Position numbers and translations under genes: made by a program. This document shows positions 38,652 to 48,419 of a stretch of DNA of 64,000 bases, piece after piece. Each line of letters begins with the position of its first letter. Position 1 is the stretch's first letter. The notes under the pieces are model-generated. The model worked only from the letters and a program-made list of their open reading frames with translations, was not told the DNA's origin and did no database searches. Source of the stretch: an uncultured archaeon (GTDB lineage Archaea; Asgardarchaeota; Lokiarchaeia; Sigyniarchaeales; SOKP01); NCBI GenBank assembly GCA_964598265.1, contig CAZRBD010000001.1, positions 1,590 through 65,589 on the forward strand, read 5' to 3'.

Positions 38652-39554
38652 ATGGACAAAATTTTAATTGTCGGACCGGCATCTCAAATACTTGGATTTA
38701 AAATTGCACAAGAATTAGGGCTTGAAGCTTTAAACACCGAAACTAAATTATTTCCAGATGGGGAGAATTATTTACGAATTAATATCGAAGATGAAACTAT
38801 AATTACTGGAAAGGAAGTAATAATTGTTCAATCAACAGGACCTAGTTCCAGTAGAACTCAAAATGCAAGAATAATGGAACTATTTATGATGATTGATTCA
38901 GTAAAGCGTATAGGTGCCGCAAAAATCACTGTTGTTGTACCCTACCTAGCCTATGCCCGTCAAGATGATAGATTCAGACCAGGAGAAAGTAATTTTGCCG
39001 AAATTCTTATTCAACTACTAAATTCTTTAGGAATTGATGAATTATTTGCTGTAGATGTTCATTCTCCATCAACCCTTAAAAATTGTTCATGTAAAGCAAT
39101 AAATATTGATTCAATGAAGCTTTTAGCAGATTATATAAGGTCTAAAGGCGCAATAGACATCATTGTAGTATCTCCAGATAAAGGTGCTCAGGAGAGATCA
39201 AGAATATTTGCTACACACTTCGGTGACAATGTTCCTGTGGAAGTTTTTGAAAAAAAAAGAGATCTGAAAACGGGAGAAATAACAATGAGTGGATCTTTGA
39301 GTTTAAAGGATAGAGATGTTGTTATCGCAGATGATATTATTGCAACAGGAGGGACAATGTCAAAAGCAATAAAGTTGGCAAAACAAAGTGGAGCTAGAAA
39401 AATCTTTGCTGTAACCACTCACGCATTATTATTACAACAAGCTAAATTTAGAATTTTAAAGGCAGGAGCTGATGAAATCATTGGCACTGATTCTATTGAC
39501 AATGAAGTTAGTAAAGTTTCACTAGCAAAAATAATTGCTGATTATTTAAGGTAA
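38652..39554 (+). CDS. prs: Ribose-phosphate pyrophosphokinase
   Basis: 'VVVPYLAYARQD', 'VVSPDKGAQERS' and 'DDIIATGGTM' PRPP-binding loop. Confidence 0.9.
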   Translation: MDKILIVGPASQILGFKIAQELGLEALNTETKLFPDGENYLRINIEDETIITGKEVIIVQSTGPSSSRTQNARIMELFMMIDSVKRIGAAKITVVVPYLAYARQDDRFRPGESNFAEILIQLLNSLGIDELFAVDVHSPSTLKNCSCKAINIDSMKLLADYIRSKGAIDIIVVSPDKGAQERSRIFATHFGDNVPVEVFEKKRDLKTGEITMSGSLSLKDRDVVIADDIIATGGTMSKAIKLAKQSGARKIFAVTTHALLLQQAKFRILKAGADEIIGTDSIDNEVSKVSLAKIIADYLR

Positions 39555-39564
39555 ACCTGGATAT

Positions 39565-40107
39565 TTAATAAGTCTGTAATATCTCGAAGACGGTGGCTCG
39601 GGTTTTTTTTTTCAAGATTTCTTTATTTGAATCATTTACTATTGTATAATCGGCATTTTTTATGAGCTTTTCAAGACCAAAATCAATTTCTCTTTCATCT
39701 CTCTCTTTTAATTCATAAAGATTTTTTGGATCATCATCACGGTTTCTTTTAAATAACCTTTCAAATCTCACCTCTTCATTTACTACAATAGCAATAATAG
39801 GAAACTTCCAAAATTTTCTAAAAATTTTCCCTTCAGCAATAGACCGAACGCCATCAACAAAAACGATATTTTGAGCTTTAGATTTTATTAATTCGACACA
39901 TTTTATAGCAATTATATCTGAACCACCTAGTTTTCGTAAGTCTTTGGCAATTTTACCTAAATTTTTTCCAGAATATTCTAGATTCCTTAATTTGGCTTCA
40001 TTTCGTACAACATCACCCATGGTTATAACATAACCTAAATCGCATATAGCGTTTATAGCTGTCGTTTTACCTGAACCAGGAAGTCCACAGATTGCTAGTA
40101 CTTTCAT
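39565..40107 (-). CDS. P-loop nucleotide kinase (archaeal UPF0200/dephospho-CoA-kinase-like)
   Basis: 'MKVLAICGLPGSGKTT' P-loop in a ~180-aa protein. Confidence 0.6.
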   Translation of the reverse strand: MKVLAICGLPGSGKTTAINAICDLGYVITMGDVVRNEAKLRNLEYSGKNLGKIAKDLRKLGGSDIIAIKCVELIKSKAQNIVFVDGVRSIAEGKIFRKFWKFPIIAIVVNEEVRFERLFKRNRDDDPKNLYELKERDEREIDFGLEKLIKNADYTIVNDSNKEILKKKTRATVFEILQTY

Positions 40108-40220
40108 ATTTAATGAAAAAATACATTGAATATAATTTATATATTTAGAATTTGTTTAGATTCTATATATAATAAGAAATTAACTTTTTTAATTATAAAA
40201 TAAAAAAAAATTTCAGCAAT

Positions 40221-41351
40221 TTGATGAAAAAAAATAAGAAAATTGACCCCTTTAATACACCAGCAGTGTTAACTCTAAAGGCATATAAGAGAATTATAGG
40301 ATATGCGAATAGATATGCAAATCAGAATTTAAATACATCTAAATGGCGCGAGGTATATGGGATCCTGATTGGAGCAATAGAAAATGACGAAAAGATTATT
40401 GTAAAGGATGCTATACCTATGGTTGTTGGAGATCGTGCTGGTGTTAAATATGAAAATAAACAATATGTAGATATGGCTCAAATAGATGCTTCAGTTTTTG
40501 AAAGATCAATACAAGATAATAAAAATGATTTTATTATTGGTTGGTTTCATACACACCCAGGATTTGGTTTTTTCTATTCCCCAATTGACTGTTTGACTCA
40601 ACTGGGATATCAACTCCCAAATCCTTATGCATTAGGGCTTGTTTTTGACCATTGTGAAAAAAAATCTGAGTCTCACTCTTTGGGAATCGCTGGATTACGA
40701 CTTAAAAATCCTGAAAGAGGAATTTCTTCAACATACGATCTAATAGAGTTAGAATATGAATTTGAACAAAATTTAATGAATAAGGAAGCAAAAGCCGTTA
40801 CTAAGAAAGTTGATAAAAATATTGAAAAGGTCCTGAAGGAATTAGAGTTTATAAGTGAAATTCTTCGGAAAAAAGCGTTAGCCCAATTACAGAGAAATTA
40901 TGGCCTTATTTTAGTACCTAAAGAAGATGTTATAATTACTCATAATGAAGCAGAAGCAAATGCAGATGAACGGTATTTATATGAATGGGATCCTGATTTT
41001 TTTAAAAAATCGTATCGTATTCCCAAATTTAGAGAAAAAATAGAAAAAATGATTTCGGCTGCTTATGATGAACTAGATGATTTAATTGGAAAGAAAGATG
41101 AAATAAAATTTAAAGTTAGGAAAGAAAGGCTCAAGAAAAAAATTAAAACGGTTTTAAAGAAACCCAATGAATGGTATGATAAATTAATTGATGATTTTTC
41201 AAAAAAAATTGATTTAATATATCCTTTTTATGATTATCTAGACACTACCGAAAGAAAAGTTATCGAACATTTTGAAGAGAGAAGTTCTGAATATTTTAAG
41301 GTTTTAAATGAATTAAATAAACGTATAAAATTAAATTTAAAGGATTATTGA
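40221..41351 (+). CDS. JAB1/MPN/Mov34 (JAMM) metalloprotease with ~200-aa helical C-terminal extension
   Basis: Exact JAMM motif HxHx7Sx2D in 'HTHPGFGFFYSPID', with an upstream Glu in 'REVYGILIG'. Confidence 0.75.
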   Translation: MMKKNKKIDPFNTPAVLTLKAYKRIIGYANRYANQNLNTSKWREVYGILIGAIENDEKIIVKDAIPMVVGDRAGVKYENKQYVDMAQIDASVFERSIQDNKNDFIIGWFHTHPGFGFFYSPIDCLTQLGYQLPNPYALGLVFDHCEKKSESHSLGIAGLRLKNPERGISSTYDLIELEYEFEQNLMNKEAKAVTKKVDKNIEKVLKELEFISEILRKKALAQLQRNYGLILVPKEDVIITHNEAEANADERYLYEWDPDFFKKSYRIPKFREKIEKMISAAYDELDDLIGKKDEIKFKVRKERLKKKIKTVLKKPNEWYDKLIDDFSKKIDLIYPFYDYLDTTERKVIEHFEERSSEYFKVLNELNKRIKLNLKDY

Positions 41352-41490
41352 CACTTTATTTATCAAACTTTAAAAATAGGAAAAAATATAATCAAATTAA
41401 GAACTTTAGTTAAATTTTATATTAATGATATATTATTAGCTAATACAAGCTTCTTTTTATAATCGTACAAGATTTTTATTGTGAATAATC

Positions 41491-41817
41491 ATGGCTCATG
41501 CAACCACAATCATAATTAGAGACAGAAGTGATAAGGAAAAGTCTATTAAAGACGCAATCTTTGCTTTTACAGGAGGGAAAAAAGCTATACTAATCAAAGG
41601 GGAGGGAACGGAGATTGCTACTGCTGTAGAAGTAGCTGAAATTTTAAAAAGTCGAATGTACCCGAGGTTAGAAATTGGGAGTATTTCTTTAGGAAGTCGT
41701 CCTTATTTTAATAACAGACAACAAACATATCAAAATAGAAGAAATAAAGTAAATAAAAACAAAATAGATATAATTTCTAAAATTGAAATTACGCTTCAAA
41801 CCAAATCGTTTACCTGA
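41491..41817 (+). CDS. albA: Alba-family DNA/RNA-binding protein with basic C-terminal extension
   Basis: 'AILIKGEGTEIATAVEVAEILKSR' Alba core. Confidence 0.7.
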   Translation: MAHATTIIIRDRSDKEKSIKDAIFAFTGGKKAILIKGEGTEIATAVEVAEILKSRMYPRLEIGSISLGSRPYFNNRQQTYQNRRNKVNKNKIDIISKIEITLQTKSFT

Positions 41818-41820
41818 TTT

Positions 41821-42006
41821 ATGAAATCTAGATCCGAATCGAATTTTAAGCATTTAGGCCCCTTAATAGTGGAAACCAGAACTCCTGCGATTTGTGAGAT
41901 TTGTAATAATTTCATTTATAAACGTATTTATCACGATGAAAATTCGAAAAAAAAACAAAAAATAATATTTGTCTGCAAAAATTGTTTAAACAAAAAGAAT
42001 GAGTAG
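41821..42006 (+). CDS. Small zinc-ribbon protein
   Basis: 'CEIC..x..CKNC' four-Cys ribbon. It starts 3 nt after the Alba stop. Confidence 0.5.
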   Translation: MKSRSESNFKHLGPLIVETRTPAICEICNNFIYKRIYHDENSKKKQKIIFVCKNCLNKKNE

Positions 42007-42027
42007 TATTTATTTAAAAGTACATTC

Positions 42028-42852
42028 TTATTGATTTGATATATATTCTACTTTCTCTTGACTTCTCTTCTCAAGAAATTTTGTCCAATCAAAAGCCATG
42101 ATAAAAAACATAAATGTAATGGTGACTAACAACAAGATTGCTTCAGTAATTACGCTTGATATTCCATTGGATTCAACGCCCTGAGCCGTAAATCCAAGTG
42201 CAACAAAAATAGGCCAACTACAATAAAATAATATCGTAAAATTTTTTCCTAACCATCCCGGGATTATACATTTCCAGAATGGATATTTAATCATTCCTAA
42301 TGGTAAAAACAAAATGTCATCCGGTAATGGAGTTATTGCAAATAAGAAAATGTATAAAGGTGTTCTTTTTTTATTTTCTAAAATTAACCTCCCAAATCCA
42401 TCAACATTATTTAGTAAATCTGATTTTCTCTCTTCCGCTATTTTTTTAGTTCCATATCCAACAGCGTAACCAGTGAATTCACCTAATGTACTACCTAAAC
42501 CCCCTAGTAATACTAAACCAACAATCTCAAGCCAATAAGGACCAGACTGTAAAATCTGTTCAAGAGATAATCCAGAATTAACATATTTCAAATAAACGGA
42601 GTTTGAAAGGGAAAAAAGAACAAAGGGAAATGGAATTGGAAATCCAATTGATGCTGAGCCTAAAAAACATATTACGAGAGAAATTAATAGAGCCCAAAAA
42701 TAATTTGAACCCTCAGTAATTGCTGAGAAACTCTCTCTTGAGCTTAATATTGCCTTTTGAAAATCAGAAACTAGTAGAAATAAAAATATATAGACTATAA
42801 CAAGTAAATAAAAGATCGTAAAGACACCGGTTAATTTCTTCGAAATCGCCAT
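42028..42852 (-). CDS. DedA/VTT (TVP38/TMEM64)-family membrane protein
   Basis: Polytopic protein with a 'TPLPDDILFLPLGMIKYPFWK..GWLGK' re-entrant-loop motif. Confidence 0.5.
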   Translation of the reverse strand: MAISKKLTGVFTIFYLLVIVYIFLFLLVSDFQKAILSSRESFSAITEGSNYFWALLISLVICFLGSASIGFPIPFPFVLFSLSNSVYLKYVNSGLSLEQILQSGPYWLEIVGLVLLGGLGSTLGEFTGYAVGYGTKKIAEERKSDLLNNVDGFGRLILENKKRTPLYIFLFAITPLPDDILFLPLGMIKYPFWKCIIPGWLGKNFTILFYCSWPIFVALGFTAQGVESNGISSVITEAILLLVTITFMFFIMAFDWTKFLEKRSQEKVEYISNQ

Positions 42853-42853
42853 T

Positions 42854-43249
42854 TCATCTTTTTTTTCTTGATATTTTAGTATTTAATCCATTTCTTGCTT
42901 GTAATAGAATGTCAAGATTAGATATCACTTTTCCAACTTTATTTACTCGGTTAGGAAATTCTTGATCCTCAATAATTATAATTAATTCATCTGTTTTAGG
43001 ATTATATATTATGTCACCTTTTTCAATAGCCGATTTAGACTTGGAATTTCTCCCTTTAAAAATTTCAACCCCTGGTAAGGTCCAATATTTTTTTGATCCA
43101 AAACTAAATCTACCTCTTAAAACAAATGGAATTTTATCAATTATTGCATCAGCTGAAAATGGAGCTAAATGACGGATAATTTTGGCAATTATTGTCCCAA
43201 TTCCAAATAAATCAATTCTTACTGCTAATTCTCCACTATTTAAACTCAT
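42854..43249 (-). CDS. Small beta-rich protein, possibly cyclophilin-like fold
   Basis: Weak pattern resemblance only. Confidence 0.3.
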   Translation of the reverse strand: MSLNSGELAVRIDLFGIGTIIAKIIRHLAPFSADAIIDKIPFVLRGRFSFGSKKYWTLPGVEIFKGRNSKSKSAIEKGDIIYNPKTDELIIIIEDQEFPNRVNKVGKVISNLDILLQARNGLNTKISRKKR

Positions 43250-43728
43250 GGTTTGATGAATAATTTACTTTCATATTTTATTGTAATTATATCAATATAA
43301 ATCTTAAACTCTGTAATTTCTTAATAAAAATATCTAAGAATTCATATTCTATATATTAATAACAAAATTTAAATACTCGTACTTTCATATATCTAATTGG
43401 AAAGGACACATTATACTTAGATAGTCGTTATTAAACAATTTTAAATTTTCAATTGTTCCCAAAGTGCTTAAATGTTTAAAGAGATTATCATCCACTTAAC
43501 TAGCATATTGGAGCATTACTAAAGTGATTTTTCAAATTTACTAAAGATATCCCAAAATAGATAATTGATTCATTAAACGTTGATATTTGATCTCTAGTAG
43601 AATTACGTATTACATAGTTTTTCTATGCCTGAGACATTTAAACAATGGAGCTTTTTAATAGAAGCTTTGGTTTACTTAATTGTTTCATCGGATTGTGGTG
43701 CCTTAAATTTGGATCAATTGCACTTGGC

Positions 43729-44589
43729 TTAGTTGGAGCATCTATTGTCCTTTTTTTTTTTTTTATTAACAACAATTAAATCTTTTACATTATCAATATC
43801 ATAAAAATTGTAATCAGAACCAATTTCCTGTGCCATAATTTCGTTTCCTTTTTCGATTACCACATTCAACATTTCCCAAACTGTTTTTTTAGGAACTTTT
43901 ATTTTTGAAATTATACTGATTATGTTGTAATTCAATAAGAAAATTGGAATAACTTCTTTGATGCAATCACTAGAATGCAATTTTTGTATATCTATTTGAG
44001 AAATTTTAACAAGTAATTTGTTTAAACTTGATGTCTTAATATCTACAATTGAAATTGTCTTAGGATCTCCATAAAGTTCGTTTAATTTCTCAACATCTAT
44101 ATTTCGATAAAAGATCAATGGATAATCTTGAATTATTTTATTTTTTTTTAAAATAACTTGCATAATTTCTGCGAGGATATGGAAATCAAAAATTGTGTCT
44201 CCTGGAATTAATAGATAATTTTTTTTTTTATTAAAGAAATTTTTATTTTTCGTTATGGATAAGAAAGAATATAAGGGTCCTAATTTATAAACATTCTCAG
44301 AATCTATTATTAACAGCATATCTTGAAGAGATTCGTTATCTTCTGATAATCTGGAAATAAAATCTCTGATTTTATAACCCAAATGACCAATAACTATAGC
44401 GATTTGTTTTATCCCTAATTTTAAAATATTATTTATATTATTCTCTAGAATTGTTTTATTATCTAATGCTTCTATTTTAAGTAAAGGTTTTGGAATAGTC
44501 TTTGTTAAGTGTTTAAGTCTAGAACCTTCTCCAGCACATAGAATTATGGGTGATATTTTATTTCTAATTTCATTCTCTAGTGGTAACAA
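43729..44589 (-). CDS. Nucleotidyltransferase (NTP_transferase family); 3' end runs through an A14 tract
   Basis: 'ILCAGEGSRLKHLTKTIPKPLL'. The C-terminal 'KKKKKDNRCSN' is encoded across 43751-43764. Confidence 0.7.
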   Translation of the reverse strand: MLPLENEIRNKISPIILCAGEGSRLKHLTKTIPKPLLKIEALDNKTILENNINNILKLGIKQIAIVIGHLGYKIRDFISRLSEDNESLQDMLLIIDSENVYKLGPLYSFLSITKNKNFFNKKKNYLLIPGDTIFDFHILAEIMQVILKKNKIIQDYPLIFYRNIDVEKLNELYGDPKTISIVDIKTSSLNKLLVKISQIDIQKLHSSDCIKEVIPIFLLNYNIISIISKIKVPKKTVWEMLNVVIEKGNEIMAQEIGSDYNFYDIDNVKDLIVVNKKKKKDNRCSN

Positions 44590-45487
44590 TTTTTTTCCCG
44601 TCCATATCCAATATAATAGTATGTTCTTCTTGGGATACTGGTTCTCTACTTTTCTCTATTAAAATTGGATATTTATCTAATATCTTTTTTCCTATAAATG
44701 AATTTATAGTTCTTTTTATCTTATCTTTAGGGATAAGATTCTTCTTTTCTATCCAACGCGGTGAAAATGGAAGATGTTTAAAATTTTCCTCGATTTTATT
44801 CATGTAATTTAGCTGTTCATAAGGAATATTCTTTTTAACCCTTTTAAGAAATCTATAAATATATGATTGACTTCCATTCTCAACTCTTCCTACTCCAGAT
44901 GTAGCAAATGGTTCACAAGCGTAAGCATCACCAGGTTTTAATATTTGGTTATGAAATACATCATTATAATTAGGAATAAAAGGTCCAGCATGTAAATTAA
45001 ACTGTTTTAACTCATGACCTCCAAGATTTATTATAGGTCTCAATCCTCTATTCTTGATCTTCTGCTCTATAACTTTGCCAAGTTCATACAATTTGATCTC
45101 TGGATTAAATATTTCAATGGCAGCTTCTATCGCTTCATGTGCTGCTTCAATATAATTTTGAAATTTAGGATTCTCATCAATATTGATAGTGAAAGCTGAA
45201 TCTGCAATATAGCCATTATAATGAGCACCAATATCAATTTTAAGTAAGCCACTTTCTGGAATTACACTCAGGTCATCAATTATGGGACTGTAATGTGCAG
45301 CAATTTCATTTAAACACATATTTATAGGGAACGAAAGTTCACAACCATTCTTGATTATTTCCTCTTCACTTTGATCTGCGATATACTTAAAACTAATCCC
45401 CGGTTGTACTAAGTTCCTTACTAATTTTTTAGCAGCTATAACTGCTTTTCCAGCCTTAATGTAATCTTGAATATATTCTTGACTCAT
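44570..45487 (-). CDS. map: Methionine aminopeptidase, type 2 (archaeal)
   Basis: Metal ligand contexts 'IDIGAHYNGYIADSAFT', 'GGHEL', 'ACEPFAT' and 'QEEHTI'. Confidence 0.9.
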   Translation of the reverse strand: MSQEYIQDYIKAGKAVIAAKKLVRNLVQPGISFKYIADQSEEEIIKNGCELSFPINMCLNEIAAHYSPIIDDLSVIPESGLLKIDIGAHYNGYIADSAFTINIDENPKFQNYIEAAHEAIEAAIEIFNPEIKLYELGKVIEQKIKNRGLRPIINLGGHELKQFNLHAGPFIPNYNDVFHNQILKPGDAYACEPFATSGVGRVENGSQSYIYRFLKRVKKNIPYEQLNYMNKIEENFKHLPFSPRWIEKKNLIPKDKIKRTINSFIGKKILDKYPILIEKSREPVSQEEHTIILDMDGKKIVTTRE

Positions 45488-45522
45488 ATTCTTTAATAAA
45501 GAAATATGTAATTAAAACTTCA

Positions 45523-46857
45523 TTATGGTGTTAATCGTTCAGGGGTTCTAGGATACATTACAGCCTCTCTAATATCATCTAATCCACATAATACAGTTAA
45601 CCAACGAGCAATCCCCAATCCAAGACCTGCATGGGGAGGCATCCCAAAATCAAATGTTTTTAGATGAGATTCAAAAGAGACAGAATTTAATCCTTTTTCT
45701 TCAATAGCTTCAATTAATTGATCCTTTTGATGAACTCTGGTCCCGCCTGATGTTAATTCTAACCATCCTTTTTGTAAATCAAATGATTCACTATACCTTG
45801 CGTCTTCTGAAGGCATTATATAAAAAGGTTTAATTTCCATTGGCCAATGGGTTATGTAATAATATTCGGGATATTCTTCACCAAGTTTTCGGTTAGCCTC
45901 AGTTGAGAGATCTTCCCCCCATTCTATATTTAATCCAAATTTCGTTTTTAGTACTTCGATAATTTCATCGTATTTATGTCTTGGGAAAGGAATTTCGGGA
46001 ATCATCGTTTTATTTTCCATATTTAATAATTTTAAAGCATCAATTTGATTCTCTCTTATATCAGAGATAACATGGTGAACCAATTCCTCTAAAGTTTTTA
46101 AAACATCATTCATAGTGGCAAATGCCATTTCTATATCTAACTGAACAATTTCACACAAGTGTCTTTTTGTATGTGATTTCTCAGCTCTGAAACTTGGTCC
46201 GATCTCAAATACATTTTCATATACTCCACACAACTGTTCTTTATATAATTGGGCCGATTGAGTAAGAAATGCTTCTCTTTCGAAATACATTATTGGAAAA
46301 AGCTCTGTTCCTCCCTCTGTTGCGGAACCAATAATTTTTGGTGTATAAATCTCTTTAAAATCATGTTCAAACAAAAATTTTCTAGAAGATCTTAACATCT
46401 CACCCCTAATCGCAAAAACTGCTTGATTTCTTGCTGATCTCAAATCTAACGCTCGATTATTTAGTCTAAGATCTAACTCAGATATAGTTTCTCCGGTCAT
46501 ATCAATGGGTAATTTATCCGGAGTCTTATTTAAGATTTTTATCTCAATTGGTATTATTTCAACCCCACCAGGAGCAGCTTTAAATCTTTTAACTTTTCCT
46601 TTTACCATAATACAATAATGATATCCAACTTTTGATTTTTCAAAAAGCTCCTGAGATACTACCCCTTTTTTCAAAGTAATTTGACGCTCACCATATATAT
46701 CTTGAAGATTAATGAACTTTAAACCCCCCAGATCTCTGTAATTTCGAACCCATCCCCCTAAAATGACTTCCTGATCTTCTAGATCTGGAATGACATCTTT
46801 AGTATAGTGGGTCTTTCTCCAACCTCTTAATTCATCCAGCATTAACCGTATCAACAC
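45523..46857 (-). CDS. aspS: Aspartyl-tRNA synthetase (archaeal/eukaryal class IIb)
   Basis: 'TQSAQLYKE', 'FRAEKSHTKRHLCE', 'GGTRVH' and 'PPHAGLGLGIAR'. Confidence 0.75.
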   Translation of the reverse strand: MLIRLMLDELRGWRKTHYTKDVIPDLEDQEVILGGWVRNYRDLGGLKFINLQDIYGERQITLKKGVVSQELFEKSKVGYHYCIMVKGKVKRFKAAPGGVEIIPIEIKILNKTPDKLPIDMTGETISELDLRLNNRALDLRSARNQAVFAIRGEMLRSSRKFLFEHDFKEIYTPKIIGSATEGGTELFPIMYFEREAFLTQSAQLYKEQLCGVYENVFEIGPSFRAEKSHTKRHLCEIVQLDIEMAFATMNDVLKTLEELVHHVISDIRENQIDALKLLNMENKTMIPEIPFPRHKYDEIIEVLKTKFGLNIEWGEDLSTEANRKLGEEYPEYYYITHWPMEIKPFYIMPSEDARYSESFDLQKGWLELTSGGTRVHQKDQLIEAIEEKGLNSVSFESHLKTFDFGMPPHAGLGLGIARWLTVLCGLDDIREAVMYPRTPERLTP

Positions 46858-46931
46858 AGAATTTTTTATAAGGAAATATGATTCTAAAAGTTAAATTAAA
46901 AATAAAATTTTTGCTTTATTATCTAATATAG

Positions 46932-48419
46932 ATGGTTAGTTTAAAATGGGATGGGAAAATAGGGAGAACAGAAGTTTTTTCAAAGGGTGAAAAAACATTA
47001 AATTTCCGAGTTCTTGATAACTATACTAATATTAAGTCTAGTTTTAATAGTTTGAAGGATTGGAAAAATCTCTTATTCTGGGGAGAAAATAATACACTCA
47101 TGAATTTTCTTATAGAAAATTATGAAAATAAAATAACTATGATTTATATTGATCCTCCATTCGCAACAGGAGGAGAGTTTAAATTAAAAATCCTAATAGG
47201 GAATCTTGGCAAAAAAATTGAAGATCTCGCTTATAATGATAATTGGAAAGAAGGCTTACATTCATATTTCAATTTTATATACGAACGACTAATTCTTATG
47301 AAAAATTTGTTGAATGATAAAGGTTCTATCTATATACATTTAGATTGGCACATTTCACATTATATAAAACTTTTAATGGATGAAATTTTCGGTTATGAAA
47401 ATTTTCGAAATGAAATAATATGGGCTTACCCAGCAGCTTCAGCTAAAACTCGAAGATTTTTTATAAGATCTTATGATACTATTTTATTTTATTCAAAATC
47501 AGACAATTATATTTTTAATGATAACCCGAAAATTTATATGGAATATTCTAACCGCGTAAAGAATGCATTAAAAAGAGATGATAAGGGAATCTTTTATTAT
47601 CGAGGTGGTAGTCATAACGGTAAAAAGTTGTCAAGAAAAGTTTATGTCGAAAAGGAAGGTATTTTTCCTAGAGATGTGTGGAATGATATTCCATACATCA
47701 GAGCTAATACTAAGGAATACCAAGGTTTTTCTACTCAAAAGCCTGAAAGACTTTTAAAAAGAATTATCTTAGCCTCCACAAATGAGAACGATCTTATCGC
47801 TGATTTTTTCTGTGGCTCAGGAACTACTTTAGTCGTAGCGGAAAAACTAGGTAGACGGTGGATAGGCTGTGATTTGAACAAACTCGCTATTCATATGACA
47901 AGAAAAAGACTACTGAACATCAGTAAAAGTAATAATATTTTAAATTGGTCAGAATTATATAATAAGACACCTCAATCTTTTCAAATCATACAATTGGGCA
48001 ACAAAGACAACTCGGAGATAATAAATAAAAAATTTTTATTAGAAAATGTTGAAAATAATAGAATTAGAAATAAAATTAAAACCACCAATTTAAAACTATT
48101 TATTCATCAATATGATCATGAAATAGAAGTGGAAATAATCGATTATAAGTTGTCATTTAACCATCTTTTATCTGAATATGTAAGAGAAAAAATAGATTCA
48201 TTTGCAGACTGGATCGATTATTGGGCCATAGACTATAATTATGATGGTAAAATTTTTAACAATATGTGGACATCATTTAGAACTCCAAAGAAAAGAGAAA
48301 TAGCTTTAAAATCTACTCCTTATCTTTATAAAAAAAAAGGTAATTTCAACCTTTCTGTAAAATCAATAGATATTTTTGGAATTGAAACCGTAAAATCGTT
48401 TGATGTTGAGATCATTTAA
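46932..48419 (+). CDS. N6-adenine/N4-cytosine DNA methyltransferase (beta-class order, DPPF before FxGxG) with ~170-aa C-terminal extension
   Basis: 'IYIDPPFATGGEF' (motif IV) and 'DFFCGSGTT' (motif I). Confidence 0.85.
   Translation: MVSLKWDGKIGRTEVFSKGEKTLNFRVLDNYTNIKSSFNSLKDWKNLLFWGENNTLMNFLIENYENKITMIYIDPPFATGGEFKLKILIGNLGKKIEDLAYNDNWKEGLHSYFNFIYERLILMKNLLNDKGSIYIHLDWHISHYIKLLMDEIFGYENFRNEIIWAYPAASAKTRRFFIRSYDTILFYSKSDNYIFNDNPKIYMEYSNRVKNALKRDDKGIFYYRGGSHNGKKLSRKVYVEKEGIFPRDVWNDIPYIRANTKEYQGFSTQKPERLLKRIILASTNENDLIADFFCGSGTTLVVAEKLGRRWIGCDLNKLAIHMTRKRLLNISKSNNILNWSELYNKTPQSFQIIQLGNKDNSEIINKKFLLENVENNRIRNKIKTTNLKLFIHQYDHEIEVEIIDYKLSFNHLLSEYVREKIDSFADWIDYWAIDYNYDGKIFNNMWTSFRTPKKREIALKSTPYLYKKKGNFNLSVKSIDIFGIETVKSFDVEII

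Noticed and set aside
43250-43728. A 480-nt gene-free spacer examined for structured RNAs (tRNA, C/D box, SRP or RNase P-like).
   Set aside because: I found no GC-rich stems, T-loop or box C/D motifs by eye. A covariance-model scan would be needed to exclude an ncRNA.
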